This document shows, in pieces, positions 35,427-49,292 of a stretch of DNA of 64,000 nucleotides (within the stretch, counting starts at the first letter, position 1; the number at the start of each line of letters is the position of its first letter). Source of the DNA: Mobula birostris (lineage: Eukaryota); contig NC_092373.1 in assembly GCF_030028105.1 (NCBI RefSeq), positions 138,638,278-138,702,277 on the forward strand. The letters are read 5' to 3'. The notes beneath the pieces are model-generated. The model ran no database searches. It saw only the letters and a program-made list of their open reading frames with translations, and was not told the DNA's origin. The translations under genes and the position numbers were made by a program.

Positions 35427-38104
35427 TCATGTTAGAAAGCGGTGGTATAGGATCGGAAGGTGCAGAATCCTTGTGGGTTGAGCTAAGGAATAGCAGGGAT
35501 AGAAGGACCCTGATGGTAGTTATTTACAGGCCTCCAAACAGCTGCAGGGATGTGGACTACAAATTACAGCAGGAAATAGAAAAGGCTTGTCAGAAGGGCA
35601 GTGTTATGATAATTGTGGGGGATTTTAACATGCAAGTAGATTGGAAAAATCAGGTCGGCACTGGATCTCAAGAGAGAGAATTTGTAGAATGTCTGCGAGA
35701 TGGCTTTTTACAACAGCTTGTTGTTGAGCCCACTAGGGGATCAGCTGTACTGGATTGGGTATTGTGTAATGAACCGGAGGTGATTGGAGAGATTGAGGTG
35801 AAGGAACCCTTAGGAGACAGTGATCATAACATGATTGAGTTCACTGTGAAATTAGAAAAAGAGAAGCCGAAATCTGATGTGTCGGTGATTCAGTGGAGTA
35901 AAGGAAACTACAGTGGCATGAGAGAGGAACTGGCCAAAGTTGACTGGAAAAAGACACTGGCAGGAAAGACGGCAGAGCAGCAGTGGCTGGAGTTTATGCA
36001 AGAGATGAGGAATGTGCAAGACAGGTATATTCCAAAAAAGAAGAAATTTTCGAGTGGAAAAAGGATGCAACCATGGTTGACAAGAGAAGTCAAAGCCAAA
36101 GTTAAAACTAAGGAGAGGGCATACAAGGAAGCAAAAATTAGTGGGAAGACAGAGGATTGGGAAGTCTTTAAAACCTTACCAAAGGAAACCAAGAAGGTCA
36201 ATAAGAGAGAAAAGATTAACTATGAAAGGAAACTAGCAAATAATATCAAAGAGGATACTAAAAGCTTTTTCAAGCATATAAAGAGTAAAAGACAGGTGAG
36301 AGTAGATATAGGACCGATAGAAAATGATACTGGAGAAATTGTAATGGGAGATGAGGAGATGGCAGAGGAACTGAACAAGTATTTTGCATCAGTCTTCACT
36401 GAGGAAGACAGCAGGATACCGGACACTCAAGGGTGGCAGGGAAGAGAAGTGTGCGCAGTCACAATTACCACAGAGAAAGTACTCAGGAAGCTGAATAGGC
36501 TAAAGGTCGATAAATCTGTCGGACCAGATGGAATGCACTCTCGTGTTCTGAAGGAAGTAGCTGTGGAGATTGCGGAGGCATTAGCGATGATCTTTCAAAA
36601 GTCGATAGATTCTGGCATGGTTCCGGAAGACTGGAAGATTGCAAATGTCACTCCGCTATTTAAGAAGGGGGCAAGGAAGCAAAAAGGAAATTATAGACCT
36701 GTTAGCTTGACGTCGGTGGTTGGGAAGTTGTTGGAGTTGATTATCAAGGATGAGGTTACAGAGTACCTGGAGGCATATGACAAGATAGGCATAACTCAGC
36801 ATGTATTCCTTAAAGGAAAATCCTGTCTGACAAACCTATTACAATTTTTTGAGGAAATTACCAGTAGGCTAGACAAGGGAGATGCAGTGGATGTTGTATA
36901 TTTGGATTTTCAGAAGGCCTTTGACAAGGTGCCACACATGAGGCTGCTTAACAAGATAAGAGCCCATGGAATTACAGGAAAGTTACATACGTGGATAGAG
37001 CGTTGGCTGATTGGCAGGAAACAGAGAGTGGGAATAAAGGGATCCTATTCTGGTTGGCTGCCGGTTACCAATGGTGTTCCACAGGGATCAGTGTTGGGGC
37101 CGCTTCTTTTTACATTGTACATCAACGATTTGGATTATGGAATAGAAGGCTTTGTGGCTAAGTTTGCTGACGATACGAAGATAGGTGGAGGGGCCGGTAG
37201 TGCTGAGGAAACGGAGAGTCTGAAGAGAGACTTGGATAGATTGGAAGAATGGGCAGAGAAGTGGCAAATGAAGTACAATGTTGGAAAGTGTATGGTTATG
37301 CACTTTGGCAGAAAAAATAAACGGGCAGACTATTATTTAAATGGGGAAAGAATTCAAAGTTCTGAGATGCAACGGGACTTGGGAGTCTTCGTACAGGATT
37401 CCCTTAAAGTTAACCTCCAGGTTGAGTCGGTAGTGAAGAAGGCGAATGCAATGTTGGCATTCATTTCTAAAGGAATAGAGTATAGGAGCAGGGATGTGAT
37501 GTTGAGGCTCTATAAAGCACTGGTAAGACCTCACTTGGAGTACTGTGGGCAGTTTTGGTCTCCTTATTTAAGAACGGATGTGCTAACTTTGGAGAGGGTA
37601 CAGAGAAGATTCACTAGAATGATTCTGGGAATGAGAGGGTTAACATGTGAGGAACGTTTGTCCGCTCTTGGACTGTATTCCTTGGAGTTTAGAAGAATGA
37701 GGGGAGACCTCATAAAAACATTTTGAATGTTAAAAGGCATGGACAGAGTGGATGTGGCAAAGTTGTTTCCCATGATGGGGGAGTCTAGTACGAGAGGGCA
37801 TGACTTCAGGATTGAAGGGTGCCCTTTCAGAACAGAAATGTGAAAAAAATTTTTTATTAGAGGGTGGTGAATCTATGGAATTTGTTGCCACGGGCAGCAG
37901 TGGAGGCCAAGTCATTGGGTGTATTTAAGGCAGAGGTTGATAGGTATCTGAGTAGCCAGGGCATCAAAGGTTATGGTGAGAAGGCGGGGCAGTGGGACTA
38001 AATAGGATAAAATGGATCAGCTCATGATAAAATGGCGGAGCAGACTCGATGGGCCGAATGGCCCACTTCTGCTCCCTTGTCTTATGGTCTTATGGTCTTA
38101 TGGT
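35427..38104 (+). mobile_element. Young CR1 LINE, 5'-truncated within the endonuclease
   Basis: Long ORF2 remnant, 3' UTR stem-loop region and (cttatggt)n tail. Confidence 0.97.
35429..37726 (+). pseudogene. CR1 ORF2 remnant (partial APE endonuclease plus RT), 765 codons, premature CGA>TGA stop
   Basis: YRPP, VGDFN and DSDH endonuclease motifs; [21 protein letters not shown] and FADD RT motifs. Confidence 0.93.
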
Positions 38105-38126
38105 TATAAATAAGCATTCTGTCACA

Positions 38127-38910
38127 TGGAGACACAAGAGAGTGCAGATACTGGAATATGGAGCAGCACACAAGATGCTGAGCGATCTCGATGGATCAGG
38201 TAGCATCTATGGAGGGAAATGGGCTGTCAACGTTTTCAGTTGAGACTTTTCTTTTGGGTAGGAGTGAGCTAGTATAAAAAGGTGGAGGGAAGGGATGGAG
38301 CAAGAGCTAGCAAATGATAGGTAGATCCTGGATAGGTAGATGGAGGAGGGGACGGTGGAAATAGTGACAGTACTTGGGACATGATAGTTAAAAGGGGAAA
38401 GGGCAGAAGATGATGGAAGTTGATAGCAGAGGAAGGTGGAGCATGGAATCAAATGAGAGAGGTAGGAAGGGAAGATGGGAACAGTGGGAGAGGGAAAATA
38501 GTGAGGAATACGTGGGTGCTGGGCAGGGGGAGTGGTTGGAGGATGAGGAAAGAAACAGGGAGATAGGAGTAACAGAGTAGATCAGGAGGAAAGTAAAAAA
38601 GGTACAGAGGGGGAGCAGTTTACCAGAAACTGGGGAGTTCGATGTTTATCCCATGGGGTTGTTCCCCACCCCCACCCCACCTGGATGGAATATGAGCTGC
38701 TGTTTCTCTAGTTTGTGTTTAACTACAGCCTGACAGTGGAGGAAGATAGACATGCTGGTGGGGGGAACGGTGAAGAAAATTTAAATGGTTAGCAACCAGG
38801 AGTTCCACTGGCTCTGGTGAACAGAGTGCTGGTGCTGGGAGAAGCAGTCACCCACTTGTGCATGGACTCCTGACATAGTGAAGGCCACATTGGGAGAAAC
38901 AGATGCAATA
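38127..38910 (-). mobile_element. Old Penelope-like element fragment
   Basis: pLTR terminus 'gacacaagagagtgcagatactggaat', purine-rich tract, and decayed endonuclease region 'ggccacattgggag' homologous to 14250. Confidence 0.75.
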
Positions 38911-41284
38911 ACTAAAGCTGATGTAGATGCTAATTACAGTACATTCTCTGGTGTGAATACATTCTCCATTGGCTTCATGAGGAAAAACCTTGTTATTCAC
39001 TCTTAAAAATTCTAAAATGAACTTATGCTTTTGGATAATAACAACAATTAAAACTCAGCTCTGATTTAACAGAGGCACTGTTCTACGTAGGGTAAAATTT
39101 CAAGTAATACTAACCCGGATGTACATATTTCACTAATTGCGTTCCATTTCGTAATTTGAAGGCACAAATGTCAATTACAGTTCAGTGTAAAATCACTTCA
39201 TATATAGCATTGAGTCAAAAACATTCAAATATATTTTGAAAGCCATTGTTTTCAAAGCATTTCGCCGCAATATCACTGAACTGAAGCAACACTGGTTTCT
39301 GATATATCTGCTAAATATAGCAGTTTATTTTTGCTTGGAGAACAAAATTATTTATGAAAATAGATATTTCTTGCAAATTTTACTTCTCGGAAATCATCGT
39401 TTTCTTGAAATACGTTTCACAGGTATTTTGGTTAGACTATAGGACTGCACCCCAAGATATTTTTCATATGGAAGCTCTGAGAATGTTAGTGCAGTAAAGC
39501 TACCAAGCTGCGCGGAGCATTGGATCTGGTGCTGGCTTAAACTCTGCAGATGTACATTTTCATCAGGGATTTCAAGATACAGATCTGGAATGAGTCATTG
39601 AATAATTTCTTCCTCCCTAATTGAGGAATGCAACAATTAGCTGCAGAAATCTTAGAGCATTACAGCTAAGCTCTGTTATGGCAGTATGAACAGGAGCACA
39701 CAGACAAGGCATTAATATGGGATTCCTATTGCACTGCCAGAACTTCCCAATGTAAACCCACTAAACCATTTAGAGAAACATGCTTTGGCATCATCAAGCT
39801 AATGGCAGTGCAGTATAGATTTCTTTCCATAAACAATTGTAATAGCTGGCTGTTTATTTAATAATTTCAAATGTCATTGTTAAAAAATACCTATCTCGAA
39901 AATAATAACCTTGAAAATTCTAAAGACTGCAAATTATTTTTACATAGTTTATTATACATTTTCACGTAGTTCAAAGCATCTGGACAATGAAGGTATTTTC
40001 AGCCTATTTCAGACTCATAGTGTACAAATTTCAATTCTTTGGTCACAATGTATTTAGTCTTTCAAGAAGCAACAGTGCCCTCTCTTGATCAAAGAGCATT
40101 AAACAATTTTGAAGCATACCGCTTATGATTTAACAAACGATGACTATAATTTCCATTTACCAGAGCTATAAGCAAAATATTTGAAAATTACGTGATTTCT
40201 ATCAGATCAGTTATAAGAAGCACAATCAGCAAACACAATGTACCCAACAGAAGTTTTTCAAGTGGCTAGGAAAGCCAAGTCCACAAAATTGAATCACTTT
40301 GCTGCTTATTAATTCATCATCTGAAATCTGTGATTCCTTTCTTTTTCACCATAGAGTGAAGCTTGGCAATATGGAAGGAAGTAGGGCAGCAAATATCTGC
40401 AATAGAAAGTAAAGTAGGATTAATTTCCTGTAGCATTTTAATGTATTTGTGCATTTGTATAATTGCTGCGGTTTTAAAGGTATTGATTGTTAAGTTCTCA
40501 AAACATTATTAACCATCTTTCTGTATAACCCTAAAAGTAGTAATGAACATGACTTTGGAACAGCACAACATAGACTACTGGGAAACTGGACTGAGGATGG
40601 AGATAATAGTTAGATTTGGTTTGATGAAAAACACCTTTATCCCTCAAGTTTATTGCCCCAAGCACTGTGCCAGAGGTATAGATCTGGACAAAACATTACG
40701 TACAACAATTGATAAGTTTTCATCTCTGTAAAAATTAGAATTAAATTGTGGTGACCTTTGATTTTCATTTTGTTATCTCTGCTTGATCCACAGATGATAG
40801 AATTATGGCTCTCCTTGATCTTACGGAAGAACACCTGAATTCTAGATTGAGGTACCATTAACACAGTTGATATCTGTGCTTGAAAGAAATGGAGGACTTC
40901 CAAGAGAAATGCACTGGTCTGTACCAGATGGTCTGTGCAAGGTGAATTGGCAGAGGTGATACAGGTGAGCGAGGAGCAACTTGGTGGCAACGTGATGTTA
41001 AAGGTGCATTTGGACTTAGGGATGAAAATCTTCAATTTTTAGGTAGACACTGGTGGGTGGGAGTCCAGCCAGAAGAGATTTAGATAGTTGCGTGTGAAGG
41101 TGATAAAAGCATTAATGAAGTTTGTCGCATCTTTGTGATGGAAAGAATGATGTGATTGAACCTCATTCTGAATTAAGTAATTTATGGACAATCTACTCCC
41201 ACCAGAAACATTGACCAGGATGGACAAAAACAGGCAAGATATTGTTGTGGGCCTTTGGGTCACAAGTTCAGTGTAGCTTAATTG

Positions 41285-41930
41285 ATAATTGGATTATTAT
41301 TATTGTCATATGTAGTGAGATAATAGTATTTGTATGCTATTCGTGGAGATCATTCCATGCTTAAGTACATCAAGGTAACAGTAAAGGAATACAAAACCTA
41401 ATGCAGAATATAGTGTTACAGTTACAGTCAGAGTGCAGTGCAGGTAGAGAAATAAAGAACAAGGACCATGAAGAGATAGACTGAAAGATCAAGGTTGATA
41501 TTTCTTGTGTAGGAGACCGATTCAACAGTCTTATAACAGCAGATTAGAAGCTATCCTTAACTTACTTACTTACTGCTCATTATGCTGCTAATGTTTAGGG
41601 CAGCAATGATGGTCCTCCATCTTTTTACGTCCTTGGCCAATATCATCGCACAAAGACCCTTCATTGCTGGTTCCGTAACAGTTTTGTTTGACCAGTCAGG
41701 GTTTTTAGCCCTGAGCTGAACCCCAAACCTAGAGGACTGGTGGACCACTCTTCATCTGGCCTCTACCTTTTGACCTGTTGGCATGGGTGACCCCACCAAA
41801 AGCCAAAGCATATGGCTTGACTCCAGCCAGCATAGATCTCTGGATCATTGAGGCACACAAACTTCCAAGCCACGACAAGGTTGTGGTTCTCTTGGAAGAG
41901 AAACTATCATTAAGCTTAGTGGTACGTGGA
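41285..41930 (-). mobile_element. Rex-type LINE 3' end, host of an RTE-derived insertion
   Basis: 'ttcaacagtcttataacagc...agaagctatccttaa|gcttagtggtacgtg' is continuous across the insertion; compare 61545-61620. Confidence 0.7.
41561..41898 (-). mobile_element. Bipartite RTE-derived non-autonomous retroelement (5' UTR plus 3' end) with a 15-bp TSD
   Basis: Minus strand begins 'accttgtcgtggcttggaagtttgtgtgcctcaatgatcc...gggtcacccatgccaacaggtc' (RTE-like 5' UTR) and ends in (taag)n; TSD agaagctatccttaa / agaaactatcattaa. Confidence 0.8.
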
Positions 41931-42946
41931 TGGATTTGTACTTAGATCAGATGCTTGGCAATGGGGGCTGTTTAGGAGGACTGATGTAGCCAAAACAGAA
42001 CCTTCAACTGAATTATTGGGTTAGCCTGTTTTGGACTGGAAATTGTCTTGGAATTGAGTTGCAGCTTGCTGTACAAAGGATCATGAAAGAGTTAATTGCC
42101 TCTTAAATTGCTTGCTATTTCTCATCAAGGAGACTGCCAAATATTCGGATGATTCATCTTTGATTCTGGACTCATTTCTAACATCAGCAAACAGATTGGA
42201 AGGAAACTAGCTGTGGAGAATTTTTGTTACTAATTAAAGGTATGGGTGCCTAGAAGTTCATTGTCTAGCTGCATTAAACTTATTTTACAGCAGTGGATAT
42301 ATTGTGTTCAGCCTCCAAAGGATCAGAACTTCAAATCTAATGTATAATATGCTGTCATTATTAAGAGGAATCTTTAATGCATCTGATCAGGATAATCACC
42401 ACTTGTAGTTCATTTGCGGCTGCAGGCTGGAAGAGCAAAGTCCTTTCATTAGTTGACATTCTGATTAACTTTATCAAGATTTCTACTGGAAATTCCCTAA
42501 GGACGTCACCTTAAAAATGACATGATGTACTGATATGCTGTTTGAGCATCTTACAGGAAGCACTGGAAGAAAAGGAGCATGTATTCATCGGACATTTTGC
42601 ACTTTGAGCTTCAGGGACAAGTAAAGGAGGACATAAGTCCAGGCAGATGAGACATTGTCACTGAAGGAGACATGGCGAGAAGGGGGAGAAGGACTAGTTG
42701 GAATCCTACCCCCACTATCCATCACCAATGGATAGAGAACAGTAATTCTCCAGTATTACTCCTGAGGAACTCTCACCTGGCTCCAGAGATATGCTGAAGG
42801 ATCTCTGTGGGTCAGCACACTCCACATTGACAATACTAAGTGGAACCTTCCGCAATGTGTGCTGATTTGTTTCCAATTTTCTGTAAAGGGTATGAATGTG
42901 TATAACAGAGACATGCAGCAAGGGCATTTCATAATGCCAATCCTCC

Positions 42947-43660
42947 AGTTCAAGTTCAAGTTTAATTATTACTCAACCATACATGAATAAGGCCAGGCGA
43001 AACAGCATTTCTCAGGGGCCAAGGTACAGAACACGTTACCAACAGCACATACGATTACAATTTCAGAAAAGCATACAGTCACAAAGAAAAAAAAATGTAG
43101 CCCAAGTCCCAGAGTGGCATGACTGGAGGTTGTCCTGGTCCACTGAGAGAACACTGGAGAGCAGCACCAGGTGAACATTGTAAGACAGCACTGGGCAAAC
43201 ACCAGAGGGCTGCACTGATGGGAGGGGTCAGACCCTAATCTAGTACAAATTCCAGCACACTCACGGAGACCCTTTCCCTCTCCTACACCGCCTTGGTGTC
43301 TCCTCCCCTGGGCAACTGCAACAGGTGACCCCACAGACTAGGTCCAGTCCTTGCTACAGCCAAGACAAAGCAGCTCCCCTGCTTCCGTCACCTCCAATGA
43401 ACCATTGAACCGGCCTTGCAGTACTCTACATCACGAATGTCCAACAGGGTCTTGTGATCGCAATAAAAATGTCCACGACAATCCCTCGCACTGTACACCA
43501 TCCACCTATACGCAAGTCTGGGTGACAACACAACAACAGTATGCAATAAGTCCAATTCCATCGCTATTGAACAACAGGCTGATGGGATAATCCTGCAGTA
43601 CTTGATGTTTCTAGTATCCAGCAGTAACTTAGGATCATAAAAAAAGACATACAAGATGAA
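42947..43660 (-). mobile_element. Unclassified non-LTR or SINE-like repeat with a (tgaact)n tail
   Basis: 'agttcaagttcaagtttaattatt' tail; more GC-rich body; 5' boundary uncertain. Confidence 0.45.
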
Positions 43661-44614
43661 CAAATGTGTAATGCTGATTTGACACTGGCCTTCTTAAAGC
43701 TGGTCATAATGATCCAGCAAATGCATACATTAACCTTCTCTCAGTTGCCTCCATTTGCAGAACAACCTCCCACCAGCTACATCATTCAAACGAGTCCTTA
43801 GCAACTGGTAGGGTCTTTGGAGTTTGAGAAAAGTTGTTCAACCCAACTGCACTAATTTACTGGAGTGCAGAAACTATTGCAGCCGAGCTGAAATCTTCTG
43901 CTCTATTGTTTATCCTTCACCTTTGAATGACACAATAGTTATCCTCCAGCATTTCTGGTCAGGTAAAGTGTGGAGAGGAGGGTTGCAAACTGTGATAAAC
44001 TTAAGTGCGACTGAAAGATAGGAAATGGGGAAAGGCAAACAATTCTTTAGGAAGTAGATCTCCTACTTGTATAAAAGGTGCAAGATCTTTTGAGACAATG
44101 AGAGATAGAATGTATAGAACCGAAAAACAGACTAGAGAGCCATATTGTGAGGTCAGCATCTGTTTTGGTTGGTGGAGATGACATGTAAAATTGTGTTCAA
44201 ACCTTATACCAAATCAGAAGTTATTGCAGTGAGGCTGTGTTCAGCTCAGGCACATGCACTTTGATGTCTTGAGTGGCTAGCACCAGCTGAAACTCGGCAG
44301 TAATGAAAGGGGAACTGTATTGTGGTTACAAACAGTAATGGAAATAGAAAACACTGTGGCAGCAGATGTTGAATTGGAGATGGAAACAAAACCTTTTAAT
44401 TTCATACATTGGTAGATGTGATGCAGAGGAGCTGCACAGGGACAAGGAAGTTATCAAGACATCATGCACCAGTGGATGGAGTCCATAGAGGAAGTCAACG
44501 TGAGGAGTCTGAGATCAGAGGCAGGAAGAAGTTTAATGACACCACCCACATTGAAATGGTCAGTCATTCAGCATTAGTTCCATTACCTGCACCTCATATT
44601 TCGCTCCTTGCAGT

Positions 44615-44883
44615 ATATTTATTTCATCATTTATTGAGATACACCCTTCGAGCCACAACGCCCAGTAATACCCTAATTTAATCCTAGCCTAATCACAGGA
44701 CAATTTACAATGACCGGTTAACCGATCAACTAGTACGTCTTTGGACTGTGGGAGGAAACTGCAGCATCTGGGGGAAATGCACATGGTCATGGGGAGAACT
44801 CCTAACAGGCCGCAGCAGGAATTGAACCTGGGTCGCTTCTACGGTAAAGCATAGTGCTGACCACTACGCTCCTGTGCTGCCCT
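44615..44883 (-). mobile_element. V-SINE (HE1-like)
   Basis: 'gacaatttacaatgacc...tacgtctttggactgtgggaggaaac...ggaattgaacc...gctgaccactacgc'. Confidence 0.85.
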
Positions 44884-45164
44884 AAACATACCAAACATAC
44901 TCAAGAAAACCCTTGATCAAGCAGAAATTGGAAATAATATTATAAATTCTTCCATGTTCTCTAACAGTACTCCAATTTTACTTCCAACTTCTCCTGCCGT
45001 TTTCCTGATATCAGCTTTAACCGACATGTTAGCCAACGAAATTACACTATGAATAGTGCATCAGCACATGTGATGTAAAGTATGCGCAGCAGGCAATTAA
45101 TGATAGTGATCTAAATGCAACATTGAATGGATGTCAGCAATACTGCTTTTGATATGTCTGATGT

Positions 45165-46010
45165 TTGAATTTTTCCCCATTTAGGTAATAGTCTGCATTA
45201 TTTTTTCTTTTTCAAAAATGCGCTATCATACATTTCCCAACACTGTATTGCATTGTCACTTTTTCACCAATTCTTCCAATTTGTCTAATTCCTGCTGCAA
45301 TCACATTGCTTCCTCAGCACTACTTACCCCTCCACCTATCTTTGTATCATCTGCAAACTTTGTCACAAAGTCATCAATTCTATTATCCAAATCACTGACA
45401 AACAATGTGAAAAGTAGCAGTCTCAATACTGACTCCCTGAGGAACACTATTAGTCACCAGCAGCCAACCAGAAAGGCCACTTTTACTCCCACATACTGCC
45501 TCCTGCCTGTCAGCCATTCCGCTATCTTGCTGTAACAACATAGAATTTTATCTTGTTAAGCACCCTCATGTGTGGCACCGTGACAAACACCTTCTGAAAC
45601 TCCAAGTATATGACATCCACTTCCTCTCCTTTGTCCACCCTGCTTGTTCCTTCCTTGAAGAACTCTAACAGATTTGTCAGGCAAAACTTCTTTTTACAGA
45701 AACCATGCTGACTTACTTTATCATTAGTCTCCAAGTACCTCAAAATCTCATCCTTAATAATAGACTCCAACATTTTCCCAACCACTGAGGTTAGGCTAAC
45801 TGGCCTATAATTTCATTGCTTTTGCCTTCTTCCTTTCTTAAAGGGTGGAGTGACATTTGCAATATTCCAGTCCTCCAGAATCATGACAGAATCAAGTGAT
45901 TCTTGAAAGATCATGACCAATGTGTCCATTATCTCTTCAGTAACCTCTCTCAGGACTTTGGGATGCAGTCCATCTGGTCCAGGAGACCTATCTGCCTTAA
46001 GACCTTTGAG
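45165..46010 (-). mobile_element. CR1 RT fragment
   Basis: VGKMLESIIKDEI...SQHGFCK...LTNLLEFF. Confidence 0.9.
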
Positions 46011-46768
46011 TTTGCAAATATTACTTCAGTAGAGCAGGAGCAGGTGACAAATTTCCATAGTCATGGAATCATCGAAAAGTACAACACAGAAACAGGACCT
46101 TCAGTCTGTGCCGAACCATTTAAACCAACTACTCCCATCGACCTGCACTGGGGCCATAGTCCTCCATACCCCTACCATCCATATACATATCCAAACTTCA
46201 ACCCTTACAAGTAAAATAAAGTTCCTGTGTACAGCACATATCACAAAGTTTGCTATGAAGGAGATTTTCTAGCCATTGATGTAGATGACTGGAAAATCAT
46301 ACAGAGTGCAGACCTGGTTGTACCTGTATCATGAAATCTGAAAATTAGCCCCTTGGTACTCAGTAAGGTTTTATGTTGCTGATGGAAATGATCAAAGCGA
46401 ACCTAATTCCAGGGAATTAGATTGATGGACAGGAATTTCCTTGGAGCTGCTGTCCTTTTGCTAACAAGGTGCCGACACTCTACTGCTGGCTGAGCTGCTG
46501 ATGTCGGAGTTGTTCTGTGGAAGTTCTAAGAGCACTTTGCTGTTATTTTCTATTGTTTTTTCTGCTTTTGCTGTTAGTACCAAAGAAAAATCCAATATCT
46601 TGACGCAGTTAAACATGAAGGGAACATTCTTGCTCCAATTTTGCAGCACCCACTACTGGGTCCAAATTTTGCCCTGGCCACCATTTCCTATATTTCCTAT
46701 ATTTCCTATATTTCTTGAGGTAGGGCTGAGAATCACACGTCAGCTGGAACTTGCATCACTGGAGGATT

Positions 46769-47752
46769 TAGAAACATAGAAACATAGAAAATAGGTGCAG
46801 GAGTAGGTCATTCAGCCCTTCGAGCCTGCACCGCCATTCAGTATGATCATGGCTGATCATCCAACTCAGAACCCTGTACCAGCCTTCCCTCCATACCCCC
46901 TGATCCCTTTAGCCACAAGGGCCATATCTAACTCCTTCTTAAATATAGCCAATGAACTGGCCTCAACTGTTTCCTGTGGCAGAGAATTCTACAGATTCAC
47001 CACCCTCTGTGTTAAGAAGTTTTTCTTAATCTTGGTCCTAAAAGGCTTCCCCTTTATCCTCAAACTGTGACCCCTCGTTCTGGACTTCCCCAACATCGGG
47101 AACAATCTTCCTGCATCTAGCCTGTCCAATCCCTTTAGGATTTTATACGTTTCAATCAGATCCCTCCTCAATCTTCTAAATTCCAATGAGTATAAGCCTA
47201 GTTCATCCAGTCTTTCATCATATGAAAGTCCTGCCATCCCTGGAATCAATCTGGTGAACCTTCTTTGTACTCCCTCTATGGCAAGGATGTCTTTCCTCAG
47301 ATTAGGGGACCAAAACTGCACACAATACTCCAGGTGTGGTCTCACCAAGTCCTTGTACAACTGCAGTAGTACCTCCCTGCTCCTGTACTCAAATCCTCTT
47401 GCTATAAATGCCAGCATACCATTCGCCTTTTTCACCGCCTGCTGTACCTACATGCCCACTTTCAATGACTGGTGTATAATGACACCCAGGTCTCGTTGCA
47501 CCTCCCCTTTTCCTAATCGGCCACCATTCAGATAATAATCTGTTTTCCTATTTTTGCCACCAAAGTGGATAACTTCACATTTATCTACATTAAATTGCAT
47601 CTGCCATGAATTTGCCCACTCACTCAACCTATCCAAGTCACCCTGCATCCTCTTAGCATCCTCCTCACAGCTAACACTGCCACCCAGCTTCGTGTCATCC
47701 GCAAACTTGGAGATGCTGCATTTAATTCCCTCATTCAAGTCATTAATATATA
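46769..47752 (-). mobile_element. Young CR1 LINE 3' fragment
   Basis: SKFADDTKLGG and [15 protein letters not shown]; (ctatgttt)n tail. Confidence 0.95.
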
Positions 47753-48330
47753 TTTAAGGGTTAAGTCAGAAAAAGCAATTTTGTGATCAAACTAGGGCAG
47801 AATTGAAGTAAGTTATTGTTAAATAGCTTAGTGATAATCACCACTCATTTACATACAATAATTGAAAAATGTAATTATATATGCTCACTAATTTTCTTTT
47901 CAATTGGCACAATTGCATTTAAACAACGTGGCATCCTTTTTAATCAATGACAATAGGAAATTTGAAGTCAAATGACTCATAATGTGCTATAAACAAATGA
48001 TGCATTATCGTATAATGTAGAACTTTAAGTCATTATGACTCAGTAGTAGCTGGCCAAGTGCTGTTTGTGATTCAGTGAAGATCTGTAAGTGAATGAGTAC
48101 TAAAACGAAATGGTGGTTAAATAACTGAAGAAATGCCAAAGTTGAACAATGACTGATTCAACTCTTCTGAAGTAAAGAGAACATGTCCTAATATTGAAAA
48201 TTGCAATGCAGAACTCACAAGTGAATGCTACATGGAGATGAGTGGAATGGCGTCTTAAGCTGGTTCATTTGTTGTGCTTAAATTTCGCCCTCATGGTGAC
48301 TGAAAATAGAACAGCATTGATGGTGACTAT

Positions 48331-49171
48331 TTTTACGTACCCCGTAACTGGGTTGCCAAACAAGCAGAAATGGAACGCTTGTTGGAGTCTGTGATTACTA
48401 GGAACTAATAAAGTTTTATTAAAGAAATAATATAGTACACTAATCATAAGGATATAAATGTAACAGGTTAGCAATGATAATACACACATATACACAGAAC
48501 TAGGGTAATAGGAATCAACCAAGCTCTATTGCAGTCTAGGGGTAAAATGATCAGTCTTAAGTGAAGCAGAGTTCAGTTCAGTTTAGTGCAGTTCGAAGTA
48601 GTCGCTGCTGTTGTACCGTTGGAGAGAGAGAGAATGAGAGAGTGAGAGATGCAGTTGGTTTCAGGCAGACCTTTTGATGTCTTCGCAGTTGGTTTCGGGC
48701 AGTCCTTTTGATGTCTTCCAATCCCGCTGTGGTCACCGACTGTGACCCCTCCGTTCCGGATATGATCATTCTTCCGCGGTGAACCCGGCACCCAGGCAAG
48801 GGCGGACACACATCCCAGGTTCTCACCGATCATACCTTTACACCCTGTGAGTCTCTGACCGGTTCCCGCGAACCGGTCTCCAAACTCTTACCAACTTGTG
48901 GGGGCACACTGCTCTTTCCAGGGTCTCGTGGTGTGTCTAGTGCCTCAGCAAACCAGCTCTTTTTATCCCCCTGCTGGGGTATCACCTGTCCATCAAACTT
49001 CAGACAGTTCAGGTTCAAAGCAACCGGTCTGTCAATATCTGAATTGTGTTTCTTTCTCGTTAATCTCTCCCTTCTCTCTTATTCGCATTTTGAATGTTTC
49101 TCCATTGTCTTCCGTTATCTCTCTCATTAGCATCATCCGTCCGGTAGCTCTGCTTGGCGTCACACATGACA
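48331..49171 (-). repeat. 3' LTR (841 bp)
   Basis: Direct repeat of 53896-54739; on the plus strand tttta...tgaca; adjacent PPT 'aaaggtggggg' on the minus strand at ~49172-49182. Confidence 0.95.
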
Positions 49172-49292
49172 CCCCCACCTTTAAGAGGATTTTTACCGAG
49201 GTAAAAGTTATGGGCATGAATGCACATTATTAGATACACACTAATATACAGGTAGTCATCAGCTATTCAGCTAATACAGAGAACTTTAAGTT

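Noticed and set aside
40637-41263. Faint Penelope RT-like motifs on the minus strand (FRKIKESHNS resembling YKPTDSHSY)
   Set aside because: Too degenerate to support without a profile search
46683-46714. (atttcctat)x3 tandem repeat
   Set aside because: Simple slippage repeat with no supporting context
48573-49233. ORFs within the LTRs, also 54152-54586, as possible accessory or env genes
   Set aside because: Frames are not preserved between the two LTRs and no domain is recognisable
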